Below are positions 14,051-28,770 of a DNA stretch of 64,000 bases, one piece after another. Each line of letters begins with the position of its first letter. Position 1 is the first letter of the stretch. A program made the position numbers and the translations under genes. Source of the stretch: Eledone cirrhosa (lineage: Eukaryota); NCBI GenBank assembly GCA_964016885.1, contig OZ024752.1, positions 45,694,001-45,758,000 of the forward strand, given 5' to 3'. The notes below the pieces were generated by a model. It worked only from the letters and a program-made list of their open reading frames with translations. It was not told the origin of the DNA and searched no databases.

Positions 14051-14111
14051 CGTTGTTATATATATTTCGGCGATAACCATTATTCAACAGCTATGACCTC
14101 ATCAGACAGCT
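14051..14111 (-). ncRNA. Type I hammerhead motif (family C), partly decayed; element extends to (TA)n at ~13930
   Basis: Minus strand TGT-CTGATGA-GGTCATAGCTGTT GAAT AATGGTTATCGCC-GAAA-T ATAT A-TA-ACA. Confidence 0.6.
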
Positions 14112-14500
14112 AGAACTTAAACCTAAAAAACAGAAAAACATAATGGTGCAACAAAGTTTATCTCTGTTATTTCGATCTATTGATATGTCTAGTCTCGAAG
14201 TATGGCGTTGTTTTCTCATTAGTTCTTTGAGAACAATAACATGCAGAGAGAAGAATCAAAGAGGAGTCAGGCCTTTGGAAATAACAGCCACATCTATATT
14301 ATCTATAAAAACAGGAAGGACATATCGCCTATTGGTTTGGATGGTTCACGTAGGATTTTAATATCGTCAGTTTGATTGCTGGACAGGGTTGTGTGTTGTG
14401 TTCTTGAGGAAAAACTTATATTTTACGTTGCTACAGTAAACTCAACTGAAATTTAGTACCAACAATAGCTGGGGACTTAATCTTGAAATAGACCGGCGTC

Positions 14501-15035
14501 CTATCCAGGGAGAGTCTTGTACTCTCAGACACTTAACGCCAAGGAAACTGAGGGGAGTTAATCCTTAGATAGACTGACAACTTATCCAGGGAGAATCTTG
14601 TACTCTCAGACACTTAACGCCAAGGAAACTGAGGGGAGTTAATCCTTAGATAGACTGACAACCTATCCAGGGAGAGTCTTGTACTCTCAGACACTTAACG
14701 CCAAGGAAACTGAGGGGAGTTAATCCTTAGATAGACTGACAACCTATCCAGGGAGAGTCTTGTACTCTCAGACACTTAACGCCAAGGAAACTGAGGGGAG
14801 TTAATCCTTAGATAGACTGACAACCTATCCAGGGAGAGTCTTGTACTCTCAGACACTTAACGCCAAGGAAACTGAGGGGAGTTAATCCTTAGATAGACTG
14901 GCAACCTATCCAGGAAGATTCTTGTACTCTCAGACACTTAACGCCAAGGAAACTGAGGGGAGTTAATCCTTAGATAGACTGACAACCTATCCAGGGAGAG
15001 TCTTGTACTCTCAGACACTTAACGCCAAGGAAACC
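14501..15035 (+). repeat. 81-bp tandem minisatellite (~6.6 copies) amplified from the body of a family 2 SINE starting at ~14380
   Basis: Unit CTATCCAGGGAGAGTCTTGTACTCTCAGACACTTAACGCCAAGGAAACTGAGGGGAGTTAATCCTTAGATAGACTGACAAC; homologous to the minus strand of 5420-5480. Confidence 0.9.
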
Positions 15036-15513
15036 GAGAAAAACGGCGGCACGATGAGCCTTCGGTTTAGAACAGTACACATTACATAGTGTAGTCTTAA
15101 ATATCCGTGAAATCTGATATGGTTATGACTGCAATGTTTTTGATCGTAAATCTGCTCGATTTGATCACACCAAGGGCTAATCAACAACAACAACAATGTC
15201 ATGCAAACTGACATATTTGTATCGATTTCTCTTCGGAGAAATCGATACATGTTATCTTTGTCAGAAAGAATGTTCTATTAAATATTGTATATGTTCAATC
15301 TAAGCTCTGAAACTTCAGTATTTAACGGTGTCGGGTGCTGGAACTGTCTTTGATCTTATGACCCAGTATTGTGTAACGGCCATATTGTTGTTGTGACGTT
15401 GGTGTTTGTGAAGATGATGTTGAGGAGGTGGAAGATGATAAAAGATACTGAAGCTGCCACCGTCATCTCTTTTCAAACAGTTTATCTTAAACTATATATC
15501 CAATATCGCCTAC

Positions 15514-15568
<55 letters not shown>

Positions 15569-15592
15569 AATGTATATATATATATATAAATG

Positions 15593-15749
<157 letters not shown>

Positions 15750-15787
15750 GTATATATATATATATATATATAAATGTATATATATAC

Positions 15788-15839
<52 letters not shown>

Positions 15840-15840
15840 G

Positions 15841-16275
<435 letters not shown>

Positions 16276-16383
16276 GTATATATATACATATATATATATA
16301 AATATACATATATATATGTGTATATATATGTGTATATATGTATATATATATGTATGTATGTGTGTGTATATCTATACATATAT

Positions 16384-16779
<396 letters not shown>

Positions 16780-17546
16780 TGTATATATATGCATGTATGT
16801 ATATATGTTTGTGTGTGTGTGTGTGTGTTTATAAGTAGTACTACACGCTCTTTGATGGTAAATGCTGGTCAAAAGACGCAATTCACTCAACAAAAGGCTA
16901 AATATATCCATCACAAATAGTTTTCACTCTCAGAGAATACTAAACTCTGGGTAGTTGAGCCGACTTCAAAGATTTGTGTAGTTCTAAAACTTCCTTAAAT
17001 TTAACCTTGGTTAAATGTTAACGACTGGAATGTCTTTGACTGATTATATATCTCAAATGGATCAAACTTGATCATGAGTTCAACATACAACAAAAGTCCG
17101 CTGTTATTGATCCATGTCGTCATATAAAAAAAGGTCAAATACGACTGATAACCTCTTTAATTGCTTTTTATTAGTCAATAGCCCTTATTTAGAACAGATG
17201 TTTAAGTACATTAGGACACGGTATTTGTACAAAAGAAACCATACAGACGACATAAAAAATCTGGTTGCTATACATTTCAGCGATTTCGTAAACACCGGAT
17301 ATGAGGGCAAATACAAAATAAAACAAAATAAAATAAATAAATATAAAGTTCAGATGAATGACATTTCAACATTGAACACAACTTCGTCAATTTGTTTGAT
17401 AAAAAGTAAACAGGCAGATGCGTAGTGCCATAACAATTACACAAACGTACCCCTATATATATTATCGGCGGCGAGCCGTTGCTTAGTTCCTTTGTGAAAC
17501 ACAGACATTTCAAACAAGACATGCTGGGTCTCAAGTAGTAAGTAAA

Positions 17547-17651
17547 TACAGGGTGTTCCCCAAAAACGTATACATATTTTGATTACCTGTACAAGCAATA
17601 TTTATTAGAATGCTGGTGAAGTGTGGATACATTTTTTTGAGACGTCCTGTA
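17547..17651. mobile_element. Tc1/mariner-type MITE
   Basis: TA-CAGGGTGTTCCCCAAAAACGTATACA ... TGGATACATTTTTTTGAGACGTCCTG-TA: imperfect TIRs with TA ends. Confidence 0.75.
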
Positions 17652-17987
17652 TATAAGATATTGTAATCTAATAAAGTCACTTTTGTTCAGTGGAGACGTC
17701 AACAATCTTTAGTTCTCTAAAGTGCAGCATGGGCCATAATTCAGCGTTTATTTTAAGGTAACATTAAAACTGCACAATTTTTTTTTTTTTTTTTTTTAGG
17801 GGACATAAATCAGTTTGTCTTGGACATATTTTTATTTTCAATTTACGTTTCTTGTTATTTCCGCCTTCATCTTTCTAAACTTAATTTAGATTTAGTATCT
17901 CTATCACACACCACACAAACACACAAAGACTCGTGTACACGTATATACATATATATACACACATACATATATTTACATATATATATT

Positions 17988-18026
<39 letters not shown>

Positions 18027-18553
18027 GGGGGGGGTTCAATTTTAGGGAAAAGCGGAAAGTCGATTAAACCAACCCCAGGGCATTACTGGTACTTTATTGT
18101 ATCTACCCCGTAAGGATGAAAGGCAGAGCTAACCTCGGCGGGATTTGAACTCAGAACGTAAAGGGACGTATGCACGTTAAATTCATTAACTGGTTCTTCT
18201 ATTATTTGACGGAGATCCGGCTCTCACACACACTTACACACGTACATGCACACATGCTGACATATGCACACACACACACATGCTCACAGATATGCACATT
18301 CACACACTTGCGCACACAAAAACACCCTCACACACACACATAATAGAAAGTAAGCACAATGCTAGAAACACCACAATATCTGCCGCTTCTAGATTCACTT
18401 AAAGGTTATTTTAGTTTACGATATCATGTCAAACAATACTTTCACAATTATTACATCGGGTTTCGTCTTATCACGTCTTTCTTCCTTCCGTCAATTACAT
18501 CACCTTCTACACTGACCCTGCTTTCTCTTCTAAATCTACTCTTCCACCCTATT

Positions 18554-18810
<257 letters not shown>

Positions 18811-19225
18811 GCTTGAATCATCTGTAAACATTGATTTCCTGTCTCAAGAAAAGCATTTCATTTGATTCCAATTTCGTACAATCGGATCCTCTTGACCCAC
18901 CCCCTTCCGCCCACCCCACCCCACCCCCTTCAGCCCACCCCACCCCAACCGCTTCTACATCAGAACTTCACTGTATAGTATTAAACAAAAACAGACAAAC
19001 CTGTTATTAAAGTTTATCAGGTCTTGTGTAGAAGCCAGCCAGTTATTAAACTAACATATTTTATCGTCTGCTTCTTCAAATAATATAAATAGAATATATA
19101 TTCTAATAGCAGTTGCTGCTTCTGGCACAAGGCCAACGATTTTGGGGGGGGGGAGGGGAAAGTCGATAAATTGATTCCAGCGTGTTACTGGTACTTTATT
19201 TTATCGACCCTGTAAGAAACAGGCC

Positions 19226-19265
<40 letters not shown>

Positions 19266-19323
19266 CGCAACAGAGTTGCATAATCAGCCGCAATACGTCA
19301 AATTCTCATAGCAGCAACAGAGA

Positions 19324-19421
<98 letters not shown>

Positions 19422-20451
19422 TGCAATCTATACTACCAAATATTGTGAAAATGTCGGCAATATTCACAGAAACATTTGAAGTTTGGTTTTATACCTTCGG
19501 TCACTTATGCAGTAATACCGATGTATTTGTTATGTTGAAAGACATTTGAAAACAATACAATGAAAGACTACGAAGATGAAAAAAAGCCAGATTGTGAGAT
19601 AATACATTCAGATACATTACAATAATTATTACCAATTTTTAAAGATATCGAATGAAAGGTTTGAAAAACGTCTAACCTTAATATCTTTCCTGATGTCACT
19701 ATCACGTATATAAAATAGAAACGAAGGACTTTTCCAATAATATATCCTTTAACATCACGTAACTACGAAGCTGAAAAAGGAAGTCGTAGAAACTATTATG
19801 AAGAAGGACACGAAATGAATTCTTATGGTTATTTCTGTAAGCAATTATACAGTAAAATGATAGATTTATGAGACTGTAGAAAATGTTGAAAAGACGATGA
19901 GTTCCGAACTCCATTGTATATGATTTCTATCCAGTTGGATGTGTTAACGTTTAAAGGTTTTCGTATTCTCATTACCTACTTAGATTATAACAATCGCAAC
20001 AGAAAAATGGATTATTGGTGAATTCCTCTTCGCAAAATAATGACAAAGTATCTTAAATCTGAAACATTTCTCTTGCGTTTATGTGAATCATTTAAGAAAA
20101 AAATCCACCATTTCTACTAATATTACAATAGTTGCTTCCATCACACCAAACTACAGTGTGGACTGTTAAACAGGAAAACAGACAAAAGTAGGGGGCTGTT
20201 AAACAGGAAAACAGACAAAAGTAGGGGCCTGTTAAACAGGAAAAGAGACAAAAGTAAGTAATGGCGTAATTTGAAATCAGAAAACAAAGATCCGAAATGC
20301 TTCAGTAAGAAATAATTCTTTCAAACAATGGCACAAGGCCAACAATTTAGGGAAAGGGTTAAGTTGATTATATTTAGGCCAAAACTTAACTTTATCGATA
20401 AGGGAAAGTTGAAGGGCAAAGTTGTTCTCGGTGGGATTTGAACACAAAACG

Positions 20452-20492
<41 letters not shown>

Positions 20493-20495
<3 letters not shown>

Positions 20496-20570
20496 TGCCT
20501 TGTCTGACGAACGAATGAGGACGTTTCTTGTATTCGTCTTATTCGGGAAACCTCTGGTAATGAGGTAATT
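20493..20570 (+). ncRNA. Type I hammerhead motif (family E); element spans 20491-20673 between (TA)n tracts
   Basis: Helix I AATTGCCTTGT/ATGAGGTAATT (11 bp with G-U), CTGACGA 20504-20510, helix II CGAATGA-GACG/CGTC-TTATTCG, GAAA-CC TCT GG-TA. Confidence 0.8.
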
Positions 20571-20670
20571 ATATTGTATTGTTTATTATACATTAAATTT
20601 AGCTCTGTAACTTTACATAGAGCACTCTTCACTCCTATGACTTTTTCAATTTTCAACGTAAACTTCAATA

Positions 20671-20734
<64 letters not shown>

Positions 20735-20740
20735 TATATA

Positions 20741-20919
20741 TTTAATTACATAATAAACAACACAATATAATTATTTCATTACCGAAAGTTTCGAGAAAAT
20801 AGATGATTCTTGCAGAAAAATGTAGCTCGTTCGTCTGATGAATCAATTGTAATTAAATAGCTCTGTACTTTACATAGAGCACTCTGCTTTCCTCCTTAAC
20901 TTGTCTACGGAAATACTTA
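20741..20919. mobile_element. Family E element with inverted, decayed ribozyme part and forward tail
   Basis: Minus strand 20741-20850 reads ..CAT-CAGACGA..GAAACTTTCGGTAATGAAATAATT; plus tail AGCTCTGTACTTTACATAGAGCACTC matches 20601-20627. Confidence 0.7.
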
Positions 20920-20935
20920 ACACACACACAAACAA

Positions 20936-20985
<50 letters not shown>

Positions 20986-21186
20986 AAACAGACGTAAAGC
21001 ACTCTACAACTTGTGTTCCTTAAATTGTTATCAATAAGGTATCAACCGGAGTGTCAGTATTATAAAGAAGAGGGATGGTTTTAAATGTATATCCTTTGTT
21101 TATTATATAATTGCTTCTACTTTAGGCACAAGGCCAGCAATTATCCCAGTGTATTACTGGTACTTTGTTTATTATATAATACTACC

Positions 21187-21372
21187 GTGGATTGGCAGTA
21201 TCGGTAGAGGGTCGGACGCCATGCTTTCCAGCATAGTTACGTCCCTTTACGATCTGAGTTCAAATCCCGCCGAGGTTGACTTTGCCTTTCATCCTTACGG
21301 GGTCGATAAAATAAAGTACCAGTAATGCACTGGGGTTATTGCTTGCCTTGTGCCTAAAGTAGAAACAATTAT
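21187..21372 (+). mobile_element. Full-length SINE family 1
   Basis: A box TGGCAGTATCGG, B box GAGTTCAAATCC, conserved body and tail. Confidence 0.9.
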
Positions 21373-21470
21373 ATAATACTACCTGTAGGTATTAACATAT
21401 GTATGTATTTATGTATTTACATGTGTATGTATATGTTTGTGTGTGTGTTAACATTTATATTTTTACATAC

Positions 21471-21870
<400 letters not shown>

Positions 21871-21896
21871 ATACATATATATATATATATATATAA

Positions 21897-22007
<111 letters not shown>

Positions 22008-22377
22008 TGTGTGTGTGGTAGGGGGACATATAATTTTATGACTCAGGCTACATCTGTTTTCCGGCATGTGTGGTCTCTGATGTTTGGCAGCTGAAAGTTA
22101 TACAATCATTGCACATAATACAAGATACTTGTTTGTATTGCAACATTAGAAACCAAGTAGAGATCATTGACTCAGTAACTTAGTTTTATTACTCTGACTT
22201 ATGTTTGTATATGTGGATGTGTAGATATGCGTATATACATATACACATACCTACATATATATATACATACATACATACATATATACATCCATATTTACAT
22301 ATATATATACATACATAAATATTTACATATATATATACATACATACATATATACATCCATATTTACATATATATATA

Positions 22378-22409
<32 letters not shown>

Positions 22410-22964
22410 CATACATACATATATACATCCATATTTACATACATATATACATACATACATATATACATACATACATATATACACCCATATTTACATATAT
22501 ATATATATACAAACATATATACATACATACATATATACATACATATATACATCCACATTTACATATATATATACATACATATATACATATATATATATAC
22601 ATACATACATATATACATCCATATTTACATACATATATACATACATATATACATATATATATATACATACATATATACATCAATATATACATCCATATTT
22701 ACATACATATATACATATATACATACATATATAGATATATATATACATACATACATAAATACATGTAAACATAAATAAATACATGTTTACATACATACAT
22801 ACGTAAATACATGTATACATACATACATATATACATACCTATATATACACACATACATATATGTATACATATGCATACATATATACATATGCTGGGATTT
22901 ATGCCAATACTATGAAATATCAACACAAAAAAGGTGGTACAAACATACACCATCGACGAGAGGC

Positions 22965-23338
22965 CATTAAATCGAAACCGGTGCATTACTGGTACTTTAT
23001 TTTATCAACCTCGTAAGGACGAAAGACAGAGCTAACTTCGGCGGGATTTTAACTCAACCCGTAAAGGGACGTAACTCTGTGCTACAAAGCATGGCGTCCG
23101 ACCCTCTACCAATACTGTCAGCACAACAAATCGGTTCTTATATAGGCACAAGGCCAGCAATTTTGGGGCGGTGGGGAAAGTCAATTAAATCGACCCAGTG
23201 TATGACTGGTACTTTATTTTATCGACCCACGAAAGGATGGAAGGCAAAGTTAACCTCGGCGGGATTTGAACTCAGATCGTAAAGGGCCGTAACTCTTTGC
23301 TGCAAAGCATGGCGTCCGCCCTCTTCCGATACTGCCAA
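22965..23338 (-). mobile_element. Two head-to-tail SINE family 1 copies
   Basis: Two A-box/B-box/body units ending at ~23118 and ~23338. Confidence 0.85.
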
Positions 23339-23340
23339 TA

Positions 23341-24082
23341 ATAATTATTTCTACTTTAGGCACAAGGCCAGCAATTACCCCAGTGTATTACTGGTACTTT
23401 ATTTTATCAACCCCGTAATAATTGTTTCTACTTTTGGCACAAGGCCAGCAATTATCCCAGTGTATTACTGGTACTTTATTTTATCAACCCCGTAATAATT
23501 GTTTCTATTCTACTTTTGGCACAAGGCCAGCAATTACCCCAGTGTATTACTGGTACTTTATTTTATCGACCCCGTAATAATTGTTTCTACTTTTGGCACT
23601 AGGCCAGCAATTATCCCAGTGTATTACTGGTACTTTATTTTAATAACCCCGTAATAATTATTTCTACTTTTGGCACTAGGCCAGCAATTATCCCAGTGTA
23701 TTACTGGTACTTTATTTTAATAACCCCGTAATAATTATTTCTACTTTTGGCACTAGGCCAGCAATTATCCCAGTGTATTACTGGTACTTTATTTTAATAA
23801 CCCCGTAATAATTATTTCTACTTTTTGCACTAGGCCAGCAATTATCCCAGTGTATTACTGGTACTTTATTTTATCGACCCCCGTATAAATACTGCCGATA
23901 ATTGTTTCTACTTTTGGCACAAGGCCAGTAATTACCCAGTGCATTACTGGTACTTTATTTTATCGACCCCGTAAGGATGAAAGGCAAAGTTAACCTCAGC
24001 GGGATTTGAGCTCAGAATGGCAAGGGCCGTAACTATGCGTCAAAGCATGGCGTCCGATTCTCTACCGATACTGCCAATCCAC
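23341..24082 (-). repeat. Seven tandem 77-bp copies of the SINE family 1 3' end attached to a full SINE (23898-24082)
   Basis: Unit ATAATTGTTTCTACTTTTGGCACAAGGCCAGCAATTATCCCAGTGTATTACTGGTACTTTATTTTATCAACCCCGTA at 23341, 23418, 23495, 23577, 23654, 23731, 23808. Confidence 0.9.
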
Positions 24083-24404
24083 TGCCGATAATGATGTGTT
24101 TATTGACCACAATAGTGTAAAGGGCGACGGAGAAAAGCTTGTAGAAGCTAAAGGTTTGTGTTGAATTGTTTAAATGATCGGCTGCAATCTTTTCATTGGT
24201 CAGAGTTTGTGATGATTGAGTAATACAGAAAACATTGGATATATTTGGATATGTACCAACTGCAATCAGTACCAATATATATACATATATATATATCTAC
24301 CCGACTACCTGGAAGGTGGTGGGTGGAGGGGAGGGGGGGGGGATAGTAAATATACCAGGAGAGAGTAAAAGTAATATTCTCCCTCTCTCTCTCCCTCTCT
24401 GTAA

Positions 24405-24455
<51 letters not shown>

Positions 24456-24558
24456 AGAGAAATAAATGCATATATATATTTATATATATATATATACACA
24501 CAGCATATGTATACACACACATATATATATATATATATATACACACACATACACACAG

Positions 24559-24592
<34 letters not shown>

Positions 24593-24608
24593 CTTACATA
24601 CATATACT

Positions 24609-24642
<34 letters not shown>

Positions 24643-24659
24643 CATATTACTTACACACG

Positions 24660-24701
<42 letters not shown>

Positions 24702-24726
24702 TATATACTTACATATATATACTTAC

Positions 24727-24807
<81 letters not shown>

Positions 24808-25201
24808 CTTACATATATATACTTACATATATATACTTACATATATACATATATATATAGATATATAGATATATATGCATTTATTTCTCTGGCAAAAGGC
24901 AAAACGAAATAACGAGCTTATTGTTCGCTTCCGTGATCAAAATACCACATTTCGGTTTAATGTCCATGACACATTGTTGAGTGAACAGAAGTGAATCTTC
25001 CATTGCTGCTTCTATGGATTTTTGCCATAAAAATGCGAAATTTCTCGGAAAAGATGGAGATGATATTTAATTGGTCGTACGAAGAGCTTTTGTAAGCTTC
25101 GTCACCTGAATTGAAACACATCATTCGGTATTTTGATGGATTATGGCTCTCACTCTCTCGCCATTGTGTTTAGTTATCTATCTGTCTATTTGTTTGTTCA
25201 C

Positions 25202-25292
<91 letters not shown>

Positions 25293-25337
25293 ATCCATCT
25301 CTCTCTTTCCCTCTCTACACACACACACAAATACACA

Positions 25338-25381
<44 letters not shown>

Positions 25382-25679
25382 ATATCCATCTATCTATTTC
25401 TCCCTCTCTATATCTTTCTCTCTCTCTCTCTCCCTCTCTCTCTCTCTCCCTCTCTCTCTATCTATAGTATTAGCAATTGGAAAGACTGATGGAAACATTG
25501 CTTCGTCGGTCCGATTTGACGAAAGTCGATCGACCTTTAAAAACACACACGCGCGCGCGCACACACACGTCACCCCCTGTACCCTCCACTTTGCCCCCCC
25601 CCCAAGGCCTCTCACCTACCATTCCCCTCCCAACACCCCTTTTCTAACTTTTACACACTACTTTCAAACATTACCCTGA

Positions 25680-25817
25680 TCTCACCTTATACGAACTTTC
25701 CTGATGAAAGACTTCTGTCCAAAACGTCGAACCCTCTTCCATTTCCCCCAAGTGTGAACCTAATATAACCATGTAATTTTGCATTCCTGTGTTTGTTTTT
25801 TGTTTCCTTTATTAACT
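25680..25817 (+). mobile_element. Family D-like fragment with decayed minimal hammerhead core
   Basis: CTGATGA(25701)-AAGAC TTCT GTCC-AAAACGTC (GAAA mutated); tail ends at (TA)n. Confidence 0.5.
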
Positions 25818-25967
25818 ATATATATATATATATATATATGTGTGTATATGTGTGTGTGTGTGTGTCTGTGTGTGTGTGTGGCTGTTTGATAGATAAAAGG
25901 CAATAGGGGCGCTACGGATAGATGTATCAGTAACTACACAGCCTCGTCTCCCTCAATCATATTTTTG

Positions 25968-25998
<31 letters not shown>

Positions 25999-26005
25999 CT
26001 ACTTA

Positions 26006-26056
<51 letters not shown>

Positions 26057-26061
26057 CTACT

Positions 26062-26125
<64 letters not shown>

Positions 26126-26171
26126 CTTTTCTATCTCCTCCCTTCTATCGGTGTGTATGCGTGTTTGTGCA

Positions 26172-26228
<57 letters not shown>

Positions 26229-26594
26229 GTATGTATGTATGTATGTGTGTGTGTCAGTGTGTGTATATGTGTGGATGTATGTATGTGTGTCCGTGTGTCT
26301 CTGTGCATGTGTGTGTATATACACATAATATTTTAGCCACAGCTATTTCTTTATATGAACCATAGCTGAAATTTATCATACATGATATCAAACATGACTG
26401 GGGTGAAAGTTTATGGATGTAGGAGCTTATTTTTATAACTTTACAATAGAATGTGCTGTAGCCACTGATCTGCACAGAACATCAGCCATTTATTATTGTT
26501 TGTGACGAACCCATCAAATAATATTCCTGTATTATTAATATGTGGATACATTTCTACACCAGCCGACATACTTCTTTGTCTTTGTTCCTCAGTA

Positions 26595-26764
26595 TACACA
26601 CACGCACACGCACACACGCACACACACACGCACACATACACACACACACACGCACGCACACACACACGCACACACACACACACACGCACACATACAGACA
26701 CACACACACACACACGCGCACACACGCACACACAAACACGCACGCACGCACACATGCACGCACG

Positions 26765-26797
<33 letters not shown>

Positions 26798-26860
26798 TCA
26801 CACACACGCACGCACGCACACACACACACACACACACGCACACACACACGCACGCACACA

Positions 26861-26891
<31 letters not shown>

Positions 26892-27076
26892 GCACGCACG
26901 CACGCACGCACACACACACAGACAGACACACACACACACGCACACACGCACACACACACAGACATGCACGCACACAAGCACGCACACACACACACACACA
27001 GACAGACACACACAGAAAGACACAGACACACACACACACACGCACAGACAGACACACACACACACAGACACACAAA
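26595..27076. repeat. Compound (CA)n/(CACG)n microsatellite
   Basis: Direct reading. Confidence 0.95.
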
Positions 27077-27077
27077 C

Positions 27078-27606
27078 AGGCGGTGAATTTGCAGTATTCG
27101 TTCCGGTTCTCTGCTCCCTGAGTTCAAATCCCGCCGAGGTTAACTTTGCCTTTCATCTTTAAGGGGTCGATAAAATAAAGTACCAGTAATGCACTGGGTA
27201 ATTGCTGGCCTTGTGCCTATATAAGAAACCATTATTCCCCGACTAGAGGGCGGTGGGTTAACGGTAATAGGTTGAGCGCCAAACGACATGCTTTGCGTCA
27301 TACAGTTACAGCTCTTTGACGTTCTGTGTTCAAATCCCGCCGAGGTTAACTTTGCCTTTCATCCTTACGGGGTTGATAAAATAAAGTACCAGTAATACAC
27401 TGAGGTCTATTTAGGCGACTCCCCCCCCCCCCCCCAAAAAAAATTGTTGGCCTTGTGAGTAAATCAGAAAACGTTATTTCTAAAGATCTGAGTTCAAATC
27501 CCGCCGAGGTTGACTTTGCCTTTCATCCTTACGGGGTCGATAAAATAAAGTACCAGTAATGCACTGGGTAATTGCTGGCCTTGTGCCTAAAGTAGAAACA
27601 GTTATT
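27078..27606 (+). mobile_element. Cluster of three SINE family 1 copies
   Basis: Three GTTCAAATCCCGCCGAGGTT...GATAAAATAAAGTACCAG units at ~27122, 27328, 27492. Confidence 0.85.
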
Positions 27607-27937
27607 TCTAGTGGTCGATATTACGGCTGTATAATTGTTTCAACTGGATTAAACAGGCTGGCTTCCTTACCTTAATTGAATTGTCAGTTAATATATTGCA
27701 AAACCTCCTTCGAAGAAACTCCCAATTTCAAAGGAAAGTTATACTATATTTATCTAGAACTCTGTCATCAATACAACTGTATAAACACGCCCCACATGTA
27801 TTTCCTCATATTACACGCTGGCCCCTAATAAGCTATTAAAAATAAAACCCTTTCCTATAACAATATAACTATGTAATTTAAAAGCAGCCGCGTCACTGAA
27901 CACATTTACGTTCTGTTTACTCAAACAGTCGCGAAGT

Positions 27938-28200
27938 GGCATGGCTTAGTGGTTAGAGCATTGGGCTTGCAAACGGGAGGTTGTGAGTTCGATTCTCGGA
28001 CTGGGTGATGTGTTGTATCCTTGAGCAAGACACTTTATTTTCACGTCGCTCCAGTTGCGACGTCACTGGTGTCAAGCTGTATCAGCCATTGTCTTCAACG
28101 GAATAACCTGCTTGTGGGATTAATGTGCAAGAGGTTGAGCATGCCACAGACACGTGTACTCTTAAAGCAGTGTGTAACCAGGATGGTACTTTTGTAATTA
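27938..28200 (+). mobile_element. SINE family 2 with A/B boxes
   Basis: TGGCTTAGTGG, GAGTTCGATTC, TCCTTGAGCAAGACACTTTATTTTCACG. Confidence 0.8.
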
Positions 28201-28496
28201 AAAGTACGTCTCACTTTTGGCAGCTTAGTGGATTAGAGCAATGTGAAATAAAGTGCCTTGCTCAAGGTCACAACGCACCGACGGAAATCGAACTCTTTTG
28301 ATGTGTTCATTTCTTGTCCCCTTATTAATAAATCCTGTTGGTAGGGGTCTAAACTGCCAAAGTCCACCTCAACAGAGCCGATGACCCTGGAGTTTTTTGT
28401 CCTTCGTTTGTATTTTTTAAAATAATTTAAGGTTTTCCCTTAAAAAATGTTATGGTCCACCTGGTATCTTACCACACCCTCTTTGTTATATATATA

Positions 28497-28770
28497 AAGT
28501 ATTTCCGTAGGAAGAGGAAAGGAGAGTGCTCTATGTATGCTACAGAGCTATATAATTATGTAATAAACAACATAAGACAATTATTCCATTTACCAAAGGT
28601 TTCACGAAGACAGACGAGCTCAACAGAGACGTCTGAAATCGCTCAACAGAATGAAAATTTAATATATATTAAATGTTCATTCTGATGAGCGATTTCAGAC
28701 GTCTCTGTTGAGCTCGTCTGTCTTCGTGAAACCTTTGGTAAATGGAATAATTGTCTTATGTTGTTTATTA
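28497..28770. mobile_element. Family E element forming a ~210-bp near-perfect palindrome (28561-28770) plus tail
   Basis: Arms meet at TTTAATATATATTAAA (~28665); the left arm continues into the GTGCTCTATGTA..CAGAGCT tail. Confidence 0.85.
28676..28746 (+). ncRNA. Type I hammerhead motif (family E), predicted cleavage after GUA at 28740
   Basis: TTCATT-CTGATGA-GCGA..CAGACG..CGTCTG..TCGT-GAAA-CC TTT GG-TA-AATGGA. Confidence 0.8.

Noticed and set aside
21187-21275. tRNA gene
   Set aside because: A and B boxes belong to a multi-copy SINE head; no cloverleaf or terminator
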